A stretch of DNA of 63,904 bases, counting the filler, from Stramenopiles sp. TOSAG23-2 (Eukaryota), in assembly GCA_900128395.1 (NCBI GenBank). It is 3 parts of 3 records of this genome, joined end to end, with 100 filler letters (N's around TTAATTAATTAA, not from the genome) between each part and the next. Parts side by side here need not be neighbours in the genome. Positions count along the whole stretch, not along the records: positions 1 to 22,145 come from LT649519.1; 2 more parts are not named here. One strand, 5' to 3'. Below, piece by piece: positions 1 through 11,900 of this stretch; position 1 is the first letter of the stretch, and each line of letters begins with the position of its first letter. Made by a program: the position numbers and the translations under genes. The notes under the pieces were generated by a model, which did no database searches, had not been told where the DNA came from, and worked only from the letters and a program-made list of their open reading frames with translations.

Positions 1-72
1 ATGAAGTAAATATATATAAATAATTAGGCCTTACATTTCATGATGTACAACGTGCGTGATAAAAAAAATCTC

Positions 73-159
73 AAAACAGGGCTGGCCGGAAAGAAATGAT
101 ATGTTCTTCTACTATATGTAAATATGCACTGTGCAATTATTTCCGGTCAACCCTGTTTT
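73..159. repeat. 20-bp inverted repeat (hairpin or MITE-like relic)
   Basis: AAAACAGGGCTGGCCGGAAA (73-92) vs reverse complement of 140-159 (AAAACAGGGTTGACCGGAAA): 18/20 identical, 47-nt spacer. Confidence 0.7.
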
Positions 160-693
160 AGAAAAAAAGATATTGGCTATTTTTTATTTGTAAAATGCCC
201 ATCGGATACTAAATATATATATATATATTTTTATAATGGTCATTCATTATATATATTGATTGGAGTGAATAAATATCAGCTGATGGTATGATATAAGTAT
301 AACATTGGATAGGATGAAAATAGAATCAAGTATACAAAAATCCAAATCCACTCAATTTACACCTGTTTTGGGATTGTTTTTTTGAACGCAATTTAGGCTG
401 ACACAGGATGGAAAATACCTGATATTTGCACTGTTTGGATGGGATTTACAAGGCACACAGCACTAAATCTACGTCTCTGGGGGGACTAGGGCTAGCACAT
501 CAAAACACTATTTGTAGTAACCAGGCTAACAACTTCTTGCACTTCAACATATGCACATAATATTTATTATTACTAATACAGGAGTTGGAAATATATATTT
601 ACATAAGAGAGAGAGAGAAAACAATATACATATATATATATAAATTCATATTATTGATTTTAATTTATTTAATTATTTATATAGATTGACTAC

Positions 694-1713
694 ATGTACA
701 ACAAAGGACCAGATTATGATGGCAATGGAGCCAAACCTATCCAAGCACAACCTTATGGTACTGGAATTGGTGTAACAAATGTTCAACCAATAGTTCTTAA
801 TAATGATGCACAAGGTCAGCAAAGCTTTGTACCTCAAGCGCAACCAACTTTTAATGCTATGGGTAATAATAATAATAATAACAATGGGAGTCCAATGTGC
901 ACAATGGTTAAAGAAGACTTAATGAAAATTTTAACAGATTCAGGATATGGTCAAACCAACCCCGCAATGTTTAATACGTATTTTCAGCAAGGTTCTTCCC
1001 CCCCTTTATGTCTAGGTTGTATGAGGCCTTTGCAAAGCCATCCATCAAGACAGCAAACGAATAGCAGTCTTAATCCTAATAATATGCCTACGATGCCAGG
1101 CTTGGGGATGCAAGCTGCTATGATGCCAGGTGCTACGACCATGATTTCAAGTATGATGGGTGGAGTGATGCCATTTGGTACACAGCTAACACCAGATGCA
1201 TTGCCAACTGGTGTCATACGCAATGGGTCCGTTGATGGAGGAACAGTTGGAACTAACAAAGTGCAATCGATTCTCGGTTGAATATTATTACCTATAGGAT
1301 TTATGATACTTATAATATTTACTGCAGTTGGTTTGTACGACTCGGACTCGGGAGGGGTATTTGTAATACAACCGGCTATATTCATAACTATCGGGCTTTG
1401 TTTTACTTTCATTCCAAACAAAACTCGTGTATCATTTGATCGCAATAGTCGTACATATACTATAGAAACGTCAAAGTATTGGTACCCATGCCTTGGCAAA
1501 AAGGTGTACAACGGTAGTTTTGATGAAATCAAAAATGCAAGTAGTGTCAACTCAGGATGTTCTCAAAACAAACAACCACAATATCTTATCAAATTGCATT
1601 TAGCAAGTGGTGAGTCTATAAACGTAGGCACTTGTAATTGGTTTTTATCAAATGGGCGTGTGGCAGAATGGAATAATTATATTACTAATACGTTACACCA
1701 GCCAAAAGCATAA
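694..1713 (+). CDS. Membrane protein (Q/P/M-rich N-terminus, two TM helices, C-terminal beta-rich domain) interrupted by one in-frame TGA at 1279-1281; possible pseudogene or readthrough
   Basis: ORFs 694-1281 and 1303-1713 are in the same frame. The sequence reads VQSILG*ILLPIGFMILIIFTAVG, a continuous hydrophobic helix across the TGA. No GT-AG intron removes the stop. Confidence 0.7.
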
Positions 1714-2073
1714 TAAAGTAAAAAAAATACGAGTGTTCGTATATAGTATCATATCATGGTGTGTTTTATATAAAAGAGATATGCATACTCGTAGTACCCT
1801 TCGTACCGCGAGTATACATTAAATATCTTTTGAGAAGTGTATAGGAATTGTCATGGGGGTAGAATATTAAAAATTAAAATACGTATATATTATTATTATT
1901 ATTTTAACAAAGCACATTATGATTAGTGCATTACACTGTAATATTATACATACGAGCGTATATTATTGAGATGTGGGGGACATTTTTTTATTTTTTTTTT
2001 ACATTTTTACATTTTACACCATATTCAAAAAATATTTTTACACTTTTCGCATTTTTATTTATAAATATGATGT

Positions 2074-2856
2074 TTAGAAATCAGCTTGTTTCATAGCTGC
2101 AGATGCTTGTATATCAGACATTAATAATTTTAATTTCTCTTCATATGCATCTGCTGTCATCTTATCTAATAATTCATATATATTTTGACTGCGGAAATTT
2201 TTTGTGGCCCTTTCTATTGTTAAAGTTTTCCACCATCGTGCACCATATATATTTTCTCGCAACGCCATTTGCATTTTAAAAGCAGGAAATAATAGACAAG
2301 GATATTTCCGGTTAAAATCTTGAAATTCTTCAAATGAAACAACACCATCACCATTAATATCTATCAAATCGACTACTTTTTGGACTCGCATATTACTACT
2401 CCATGCATCGCCATAAACTTGTGCTATCAATTCTTCTACTTCATCTTTTTCCAAGCTCCCACTGCCATCGATATCAAATAAACCAAATGCAAACTTAACT
2501 AAAGCTTTAAGTTCGAATGTACAATAATTCCAGATACATAAGACAAATTCTGAAAAATCAATTTCTCCACTACTATCTTCATCCATTAATGAAAAAACTT
2601 TATCGGCAAAAGGAGACGGTTCGAGTTTAAAAAAGCGATAAAATTCTTCTAGATCAATTGCATTCGAATTATCTCTATCAATTTTTTTAAATACAGAATA
2701 AAACAAGTCTATATGTTCTTTATCAAGTTTTAATTCATGAAAAAGTTTTGTTGCTAACTCACCTTGGCCAGGTATATTTTCATCTTCTTTAAAAAATCGT
2801 TGAGGGTATTTTTTACCCTCATATATATATCGTACTCTGGTTACAGCAGATCCCAT
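2074..2856 (-). CDS. EF-hand calcium-binding protein (calcineurin B / neuronal calcium sensor-like), probably N-myristoylated
   Basis: Four EF loops (DRDNSNAIDLEE, DEDSSGEIDFSE, DIDGSGSLEKDE, DINGDGVVSFEE); N-terminus MGSAVT fits the myristoylation consensus. Confidence 0.9.
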   Translation of the reverse strand: MGSAVTRVRYIYEGKKYPQRFFKEDENIPGQGELATKLFHELKLDKEHIDLFYSVFKKIDRDNSNAIDLEEFYRFFKLEPSPFADKVFSLMDEDSSGEIDFSEFVLCIWNYCTFELKALVKFAFGLFDIDGSGSLEKDEVEELIAQVYGDAWSSNMRVQKVVDLIDINGDGVVSFEEFQDFNRKYPCLLFPAFKMQMALRENIYGARWWKTLTIERATKNFRSQNIYELLDKMTADAYEEKLKLLMSDIQASAAMKQADF

Positions 2857-3648
2857 TCGTAAATTTATCCCATTTATTTTTATATTTCAGAAACAGTCAT
2901 CAATAATGATGTGAAACATATATATATGAAAATATTCACTGATACATTTTTGATTGTGTGTGTTTTTAGTTTATTATATTTTTTAGTATTTGTAATATAC
3001 GTATAAAGTAGTAGTAGTGCTTCACAAATCACAACGTTCGACCAAAGTACAGGTATTAAGTAAGATGAAGTATTCGAGCAATATTTCTTTTCATATACGA
3101 GGATTAACAACAAATATTGTCATAAATCATTGTATCCTTAAATATAATAGTATCGTACAGCATAGAAATCGAGATAGTAATAATATAAAATAGCAAGTGT
3201 CAACAAAAGGCCAAGTGCAAAATAAAAAGGCTGTTAAAAACACCACCCCCATCACGTTTCTTTTTTTTTCTGGGGGCTGTATGGTATCGCTATGCTAGCT
3301 AATGCTAAATTCAGTTATAAGAACATAAATACAATTCAACAATAATAATACTACGCACCTACTACTATTACAAAAATAAATATATTAAATATTACATAGT
3401 AAGATGAATATATATATATTTATGTTTAGAAAAAAGATTGTAAATTTTTAAGAATTAATTGCTAAGAGATACATATATTTTAACATTCGTGTGGAATAAA
3501 TTATCGTGTAATTTTTTTGAGACAGTGGATTGAATTGTGTGTAGTATTGGTATTATAATTAGTTGTAGTAATAGTAACAATAAATATTGTTTCAAATTAT
3601 ATATATATAATTATTATTATATTTCAGTGATATTATTATTGTTTAAAT

Positions 3649-4359
3649 ATGGATGATGAGTCGTTGCAACAAGTATATTGTTGGGTAGATGAAATTGCTT
3701 TGTCTAGACCAAAACGCAATATTTCACGCGACTTTAGTGATGGTGTATTAATTGCTGAAATCGTTGCTAGTTATTTTCCAAGAATTGTAGAATTACATAA
3801 TTACAGTGCAGCCAACTCTGTACGTCAAAAGTTATATAATTGGAATACTTTAAATACAAAAGTTTTTAAAAAAGTCGGTTATCAAATATCACAAAAGGAC
3901 ATTAACAATGTTGTTAAGTGCGTTCCGGGTGTTATTGAGCAAGTTTTATTTGATACAAAACAAAAACTGGATAGTGTCAGAGCTAGTGGTGGCCCACCAA
4001 GAGCACGCCCGGCAGAAAAAAGAGGTAAGGGAAATCGTAGTGCTCGAAATAATAATCCAAATATGCCAGGACGAAACAATAACGGCCCACCACGTGAGTC
4101 CAAATTTAATAATAATCAAAATCAACAACAATATAATGCCCCATGGCAACCGTCAGTAGGACAACAAGAAGTACGTGGTGGTGGAGTTACGAGATCAATG
4201 CGTCAAGGTGTAGATGAGGAAATATTAATTGAAAAAGAAGAAACGATTCAAGAATTACGCGAGACAGTTGAAATCCTTGAATTAAAAGTAAAGAAACTTG
4301 AACAATTAGTTAGGTTAAAAGATTCTAAAATCCAAGCACTTCAAAATCAACAAATGTAA
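3649..4359 (+). CDS. SPEF1: Sperm flagellar protein 1 / CLAMP (CH domain + C-terminal coiled coil)
   Basis: WVDEIALSRPKRNISRDFSDGVLIAEIV...VELHNYSAANS...KLYNWNTLN and C-terminal TVEILELKVKKLEQLVRLKDSKI are SPEF1 hallmarks. Confidence 0.93.
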   Translation: MDDESLQQVYCWVDEIALSRPKRNISRDFSDGVLIAEIVASYFPRIVELHNYSAANSVRQKLYNWNTLNTKVFKKVGYQISQKDINNVVKCVPGVIEQVLFDTKQKLDSVRASGGPPRARPAEKRGKGNRSARNNNPNMPGRNNNGPPRESKFNNNQNQQQYNAPWQPSVGQQEVRGGGVTRSMRQGVDEEILIEKEETIQELRETVEILELKVKKLEQLVRLKDSKIQALQNQQM

Positions 4360-4945
4360 ATTATAGTAAATTGTATGAAAAACACGTGCGCACATGTGTG
4401 TGTGTGTTGAATGTTTAGTAATACTAATTAAATTATATTTATATATGATACCAGCAAAGGTAATGTGTGATATCTCACAATTTATTTATAATATGTGGAG
4501 ATAACTGGATTAGGCCACAGTGTGTAAAAAATATTTTAAAAATACGCTTGCGTAGATTTCGAATTACGAACGTATGATATTTAGACAAAAAAATAAAAAT
4601 CTATATGATTTCCAGAATGATATATAAAAAATTCTCTTTTATTTAAATAATGATGGTTAAAATCTAAGTTATAATAATTTTACACTTCTCGTGTTAAGTA
4701 TTTATAATTGATTTCCAGATATATTTTACGGTAAAAAAATGTTTTATGTACACTTCGTACTATATTTCCCTCCCTCTCTAGAGTTACTGTACACTTTTTA
4801 CCTCGCGTACTTATATTCTCTTCTTTCAAAGTAGACTTTTGAAAATTTTGAAATTGGTCATTAAGTTGATTGTTCTTGTACCTATCATATATATCATACC
4901 TGGTATGCCACAGTTACAATATATGTTTTCTCATTTTTTATATAT

Positions 4946-5828
4946 TTACATTTTGGCTTTATTATCTTGTGCTATTTTTTGCCAATTTGTTTCTGGTGCA
5001 AAATTAACTGCTTGTGGTCCTAAAAAGGATTGTTCCGGTGGCAATGAACCACCAACATATCCCAAAGCGTATCCACCTACTTCATATCCAATTAATTGCT
5101 GAACTTGCCGTGGTAAATCTTTTGCAATTGCAGGTGGTACAGATAAATATTGATTTTCTTCTTGTCTTAACCATGCTAGATTCCAATCCCAATTGACGCC
5201 ATATCTCATTTTCCCACTTCTATTTTCTCCGCCAGAATGAAATGAACTGCCAAGATAAAACATTGCTGAACCGCGACGCATTACTGCTTGAGTAATATGC
5301 ATATCATCTATAATTACTTTTCTGCCCCTTGGCAACTTGTAACTACCAGGGACTACTCTTGTTGCACCATTTTCTAATGTGAAATCTGTACCAACGGCCC
5401 ACATACTACTAACTTCCACTTCAACTTCCGTGAAATCAAATACAAATGCCCAACGGTCTCGATGGATACTTTGTGCAGTTTCACTTGCACCAATAGCAAT
5501 AATTTGAGACAAATGCAATTGCCATGGTTGCGTTCTGTAACCAGGTGCCATTAAACGATCTTCTCCCATTTCCATATAACGTTTTGGCATATTTAATACT
5601 TGATAACCTAAAATAGCATGCATAATTTGACTACAAATTGGATTGCATGCCATTTCCCATGAAGCAGGTGAACGTGCAATAAGTGAACCAACTCTCTTTG
5701 TAACTTTCCCAACAAAATCATCAAACCCTGAGTTTTTTGCTTCCAAATATGGATCCATTTCCTTTACAAATCGGTCACAACAATCTTGGCTAATAATACC
5801 TTCAATAATAACAGCACCCTATCATGTT

Positions 5829-5863
<35 letters not shown>

Positions 5864-6249
5864 ATGTCAACAATGTAATTTATCATGTTAGAGTTTTAAT
5901 TTTAATTTTTTTTCTATATATTTTTTTTGGAACTTACGTCTCGAGCAAATGCTTTGACACATTCTTCAATAGTAAAATTTTCAGCTTTAATAGTAATAAG
6001 ATCACGCTTCATTGTTGGTGGCATATACGGCAGCTCGCCACTATGGACTTTTTGACGTAGTAATTCGACTCTTTCTTTGAAATCTTCTGTATTAATATAT
6101 TTATTTTCTTTTTCATATTGAATCATATGTTCATTACTTATTCCATCTTCCGTTGCACTTAATATTGGAACAGGGGAGTTATTAGAATCCCCCATTTGTT
6201 GGTTTTGCGCATATATACTTTGCGATACATTTTCCCTTGAATTCGCCAT
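4946..6249 (-). CDS. Phytanoyl-CoA dioxygenase (PhyH) family Fe(II)/2OG oxygenase; 2 exons (6249-5938, 5818-4946), about 394 aa
   Basis: Intron 5937-5819 (GTAAGT...TAG) joins FARD|GAVIIEG. HxD motif (IHRD), DFTLENGATRVVPGS, distal His (FHSGG), WLRQEENQYL. Confidence 0.88.
5833..5862. repeat. (TG)n microsatellite inside the PhyH intron
   Basis: 15 consecutive TG units. Confidence 0.95.
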
Positions 6250-6623
6250 GATGGTTGTTGTAATATGTGATAAATTATTGTATTTGTTGTATTCTATTTT
6301 ATATATATATATATATACACCCACACATCCACATATATATATGCACATATGTACAGTATCACTTTTATTTATTTTATTACACACACACATATATATATGT
6401 TGTTTTTTGAGTTAAGCCGGTTAGACCAAGCCGCCAGCAAGGTAGTATCGGTATTCCAGTATTCTAATAATAAATAATATTACCATCATTCAAGTATATA
6501 ATACAATATATTGTAATTTGATAGGATAAGAATGGATTTTCAGATGATTTCTAATTTTCTTCCCTTAAAATTGCATCAAGTTGCAAAATAATATTATATA
6601 ATACATCACACACACATTCATTC

Positions 6624-7847
6624 TCACCAAATTCCTGGGAAAATACGATATTTTACCTTTGAAATATATTCATCCCATACATCTTTGCCATATTTTTCTT
6701 CGCAAATTTTATCATCATCAATTTGTCGTGGTACAAATAATAATATGTAATATATTGGATATACAAATGGTATATATGAACCTGTAGTTAAATAGCCTGG
6801 AAGCGCTAATGCAAATGCTTGTGTAATTTCACCTAAATAATTTATATGACGTGATAATCCCCACCAGCCTGATACTAATATTCTTTTTCGTAAACCTTCA
6901 CTACCTAATGTTTCTTGTTTTACGTTGAAAAATAAAAATTTAAACCATTTGTTATTTGGATCTTTTCGATATTGATGTTTTTGTAAATTTGCACCACGTG
7001 TTAATGTCCATCCACAAAAAAATAAAAAAGTACAAAGAAATGCCATAGATAATGATACATCTTTTTTACTATTATTTTCTGCCACCATGCACCATGCTCC
7101 GACTTGATAAAAAAATGGATAAAAGCAAAAACAACCCCATATTAATTTATATCCAACTCGTTCACGAAATAAATCATATGTATATGTATGAACTTCTTCA
7201 AAATACATATATTCAAATACAAACCATGAGATGCAAAAAAAATAACATCGCATTGCTCTTGTAGCATTCCCATCACTAGTATTTTGCGTATGTTTGAAAA
7301 CAATGGACATAAGGATAAGTTCTAGCATGACAGCACCGATAAGGTACAAATACATTTTAATATCCACCCCTAAAAATTTTGGATTAAATTCATATCCACA
7401 ATAAAAATGTTCTAACATTGATCTGGATTTAAATTCTGTATGATCTTCCTTTGCTCCATATGTTTTTTTCGTAACTGTTAATGTAAATGCGTTTTCATTG
7501 ATTTCATTATTATTTAATTTTTGTCGTCCTTGAATAAATAAGATGGTTGATAATACTGTTCCATAAATAGCAGCATATTTCACACATTCCCAATAAGTAT
7601 TATATAATACATCACCATCAACATAATCTTTATCTACGACATATAATGATAGTAAAACCATAGCAATTAATACTTTAAATGCATTATTACGATATTGCAA
7701 AGGCTCTTTGGTTTCGCTGGAATAAACATAACCTGGCGTATATTTTTCTGGTATGACGATATGCAATATGAAACATAACAGATATATTCCAAATACCAAT
7801 ATTGGTGGTGATGATAAAATTGGTTTAATTATTTTTGGTGATAACAT
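6624..7847 (-). CDS. ERG4/ERG24 family sterol reductase (delta14- or delta7-type)
   Basis: Multi-TM; FYCGYEFNP, TYDLFRERVGYKLIWG, ILVSGWWGLSRHINYLGE, DDKICEEKYGKDVWDEY...KYRIFPGIW. Confidence 0.92.
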   Translation of the reverse strand: MLSPKIIKPILSSPPILVFGIYLLCFILHIVIPEKYTPGYVYSSETKEPLQYRNNAFKVLIAMVLLSLYVVDKDYVDGDVLYNTYWECVKYAAIYGTVLSTILFIQGRQKLNNNEINENAFTLTVTKKTYGAKEDHTEFKSRSMLEHFYCGYEFNPKFLGVDIKMYLYLIGAVMLELILMSIVFKHTQNTSDGNATRAMRCYFFCISWFVFEYMYFEEVHTYTYDLFRERVGYKLIWGCFCFYPFFYQVGAWCMVAENNSKKDVSLSMAFLCTFLFFCGWTLTRGANLQKHQYRKDPNNKWFKFLFFNVKQETLGSEGLRKRILVSGWWGLSRHINYLGEITQAFALALPGYLTTGSYIPFVYPIYYILLFVPRQIDDDKICEEKYGKDVWDEYISKVKYRIFPGIW

Positions 7848-7953
7848 GTTAAAGGATAATAATATTACTAGATATCAAAAGTGTATATATACTAAATAAA
7901 TTTATTCTTATATCAACAACCATAACAATAACACCATCATCATCATCGTCGTC

Positions 7954-8634
7954 ATGCCACCTCCACCAATTCGTTCAACGAAAATATTTAAATGCCCATA
8001 TTGCCCAGTCGTAGTCAGTTGGAAAGATAGTTTAAAACGGCACCTTGCCATTTCCTGCAAAAATAATCCTGACCGTACAGAAGGGCAAACAATTTGGTTT
8101 ATATGTCCAGGAGCAGGATGTGATGCAAGGTATAGCTCTCGTGATAGTTTAAGGCGGCATATTAAAACCAAACACAAAAAAGATGATACTCTTAGCGAAT
8201 ATAAAGCTACTATTGTTAGTAGAAAGAAACCAAAGAGAAAAAAGTCTACTTTTACATTTGTTAAAGGTAAAACTGGGAAATCACACAAACGAAAACGTCG
8301 TTCCGAATGGAGCAACGAAGAAAAAGCAAAATTTCACGAATTGTACCAAGATGGAACTAATAAAGATTGGAAAGCTATTGCAGAAGCTTTGAACGCAAGT
8401 GAGGGATGTAATAAAACTGCAACACAAGTTCGTACTCATGCATATACCACCAAACGTAAAAAAGCACCAAAACCGAGTGCAGGTTATCAATATGATGTGA
8501 AAGCTGCAAGACGCGAATCAGATAGATTATTAAAAGAGGAGCAAAATGGTAATGTAGACATTGTTACAACAAGTATTAGTAATAATGATGTTTTAACCGT
8601 CAGTGTAAACGGGAGTAATAGTATGACTTTATAA
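7954..8634 (+). CDS. Transcription factor with two zinc fingers (C2HC/C2H2) and a SHAQKYF-like Myb/SANT domain
   Basis: CPYC...LKRHLAISC, CPGAGC...LRRHIKTKH, basic NLS, WSNEEKAKF...DWKAIA...KTATQVRTHA. Confidence 0.85.
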   Translation: MPPPPIRSTKIFKCPYCPVVVSWKDSLKRHLAISCKNNPDRTEGQTIWFICPGAGCDARYSSRDSLRRHIKTKHKKDDTLSEYKATIVSRKKPKRKKSTFTFVKGKTGKSHKRKRRSEWSNEEKAKFHELYQDGTNKDWKAIAEALNASEGCNKTATQVRTHAYTTKRKKAPKPSAGYQYDVKAARRESDRLLKEEQNGNVDIVTTSISNNDVLTVSVNGSNSMTL

Positions 8635-8910
8635 AAATATTGTTTTTAAATAAAAAAAGTATGAACATGTGTATATATATATCATCTATATATATAGGTA
8701 GTAAAATACAAAACTAAAAAGATAACCGTGTATGCATATGCAGATATATCACATATACATATTTTTTTAAATATTTTTTTATACTCGTACGTACCATAAA
8801 AATATGATATTAATAGACGTCTAGTATATGTGATATATTAAGATTTTAAAATATGTGCGCATATCATATATTATACATATATGATATATGACAAATCTCT
8901 CTCTTCTTTT

Positions 8911-11900
8911 TTACTTCTCATTATTCTTTTTCATCTCATCTACTAATGCATAAAAGCTACTATCCTTATCTTGTAATAAATTCTCAGGCGTATTAAATTC
9001 TAATACATACCCATCGTCTAATACACAAATTTTATCAGAATCTAATATAGTATCAATACGATGTGCAATGCAAATAACTGTACAATCTGCAAATGCAGTA
9101 CGTATCATTTTTTGTAAATTTTGATCCGTTTCACTATCAACACTTGCAGTTGCTTCATCCATTATTATAATTTTATTCCCACGAAGCAAAGCACGCGCAA
9201 CGCAAATTAATTGCCGTTGTCCAGCTGAAAAATTCAAACCTTGTTCTGCTACAGTACTTTGTAAACCATCACCTAATGATTTTACAAATTCATCTAATCC
9301 AACATTACGTATGGCTTCCCATATCGCCTCGTCTATATAATCATCGAATGGATCTAAATTATGCCGTACATCACCACTAAATAAAACTGGCTCTTGTGGT
9401 ATTAAAGATAAATTACTTCTTAAATCACTTAAACCAATTTTCGAAATATCCATACCATCAATGATTATAGAACCACCATCTAACTCTACTAATCGTAATA
9501 ATGAAACGATCATACTACTTTTTCCACTTCCTGTTCGTCCACATACACCAACTTTCTCTCCACCTTTAATATTAATATTAATTTTCTTTAATACTTGTGG
9601 CAAGCCTGGCCTGTATGACATGACTACATTCTTAAATTCAACTGCACCATTGGCAGGCCACGTTTTTGCAGGGCGATTGGATTCAATGATCGAAGGTTTT
9701 TCTAATGGAATATTTTTAGTATAATGTTCCAATCTTTCTACTGCAGTCATATTATTTTCAGTCTCAATAAACGTACGTACAGTCCATTGTAATAAACCAG
9801 TAATTTGTAAGCAATAAACTAAACCTAAGCCAACAACTGGCCGTGCTTCTTCTGAAACTGGAAAGAATAATGCTAATGCAGCTACGGTACAGAAAATAGA
9901 TATACCTACTACATCTAAACGCAATGCTAACCACCTTGAGCACATTTGAAAATCTAAATATATACCATTGTTACGATCAACATATTTATCATTAATCCCA
10001 ACAAACTTATCGCTTTGATCAAATGCGCGAATAGTTTCAACCCCATTAAGCATTTCTTGAAATCCTGAAAATATTGGGGAACGACTGATACCTTCCAAAC
10101 GTTTTACTTCACGGCTTGATTTTCGATAATAATATTGTGAAGTATAATAAATAAGACCAATAGGTATTAAAAATGGTACGAAATATACATTTGATATAGC
10201 ACATACAACAACAGCTGCAAAAACATACATTGAATTTTGGAAAAATTGAATTCCAAATGTCGGCAATTGAACATCTACATGGTCCATATCAGATGAAAAT
10301 CGATTGATAATCTGTCCTGTTTTTGTTACATCGAAAAACAAATTAATCGGCGCTTTCAATACAGCTGTAAATATCGTATCGTGAAAATTAACGCTGGCAC
10401 ACACAGATGTGTACATAAATAAAAATCCACGTGCGATCAAAAGAACAAAGGTAACGCATGTTAATGATATGTATAAAATTAATGCTGGTTCATTTGGTGT
10501 TTTAGCCCAATAAGTGAGCAAGAAATCGCTACCCGTCCTACCAACTTGAGCAGTTAAATACAATGTTACTATAAATAATGCCCATGGAATACCATAGCCA
10601 AAAGAGGAAGCGGAGCGAAACCATGCTAAATATGTACCACAACCAACTACACCTTTTGCACGGTCTTCTTTTTTATATAATTTTTTCTCTTCTTTTTGAT
10701 CATCATTATCAACTTTTGAATCTTTCGCTTCTTCACTACTACTACTACTAGCTTTTTTCTCTTCATCGGAGGTTGCTGTATTGACAACTGTAACTTTGAT
10801 GTCGTCTTTTACTATCTCATCCATTTTCCCTTCTCCTTCATTGTCTTTTTTCTTAGTATTATTATCAACAACGTTCTGATCGCTTGCTTCTTCATTTGTA
10901 TTCTCAGTCTCATCGCTGTTTTCACCAACAAGTAAGGATGAATATTTTTCCAATGCGTCTTCTGCATTCCCACAAAATGCAAGTTTACCATGGTCCATTA
11001 TACAAACAAGATCAGCTTCTTTCAACAAATGATAATGACTATTTAAAACTAAGATTCTAGTTTTATCTTTTAATATTCCATTATTACCAATTGCACTTTC
11101 CCATAATTTATTTGCAACATGTACATCAACTGCACTTAACGGATCATCCAATAAATAAATATCCTTATCTTTTGAATTGTATAGCGCTCTTGCAATTGCA
11201 ACACGTTGTTTTTGACCACCTGATAAATTGATTCCTCGTTCACCAATTTCAGTTTCATCTCCATATGGAAGAATTTCCAAATCAGTGGATAGCTGTGATG
11301 CTTCAACAACTAAATCATATTCTTCTTTTTCATATTCACGTGCAAATAATATTCCATCCCGTACTGTTGAATTTTGAATCCATGGACGTTGTGAAACGTA
11401 ACTAACAGCCCCATTTACGAAACATTTATTTTTATTAATGGTCATTTCCCCTAAAATAGCTGAAAGCAATGATGTCTTTCCACTACCAACAGTACCACAT
11501 ACAATACATAATTGACCTTTTTTTAAAGTTAAATCGTTAACAAATAATTTAAATGGTTGACCATTTGTTTGACCATCCGATGCCTTTTTTCCAGCTTCGT
11601 TCATTATGCTATCCCAAGAAAATTCACTATCTTTCAATGAAATTGCACGATCATCTTTATCATCCAGTACATGGAATACTTCCCGTTCATGAACTTCTTC
11701 ATTGAAAAAATAAAATTTTTCTAAACGCCGATAGGATACCAAACTTTCAATAAATTGACCAATAGCACGTGGCATGATTGCCATTGGTAATCGCAATAAG
11801 TTAGTATATGCAAGTACAACAACAACTTTATCAACCGTTATATCTTGATAAATATATTGATATGTCAAGAAAGCACCAATACCAATTAATGGTGGAGAGA

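Noticed and set aside
1279-1281. Alternative genetic code with TGA=Trp
   Set aside because: TGA ends conserved genes at their expected C-termini (sterol reductase, NBP35), and TGG is used for Trp throughout.
984-1550. Antisense and alternate-frame ORFs in the track (e.g. 984-1550, 17938-18450, 25790-26260, 62826-63302)
   Set aside because: Shadows of real genes or of AAT/GAT triplet repeats, with no recognisable motifs.
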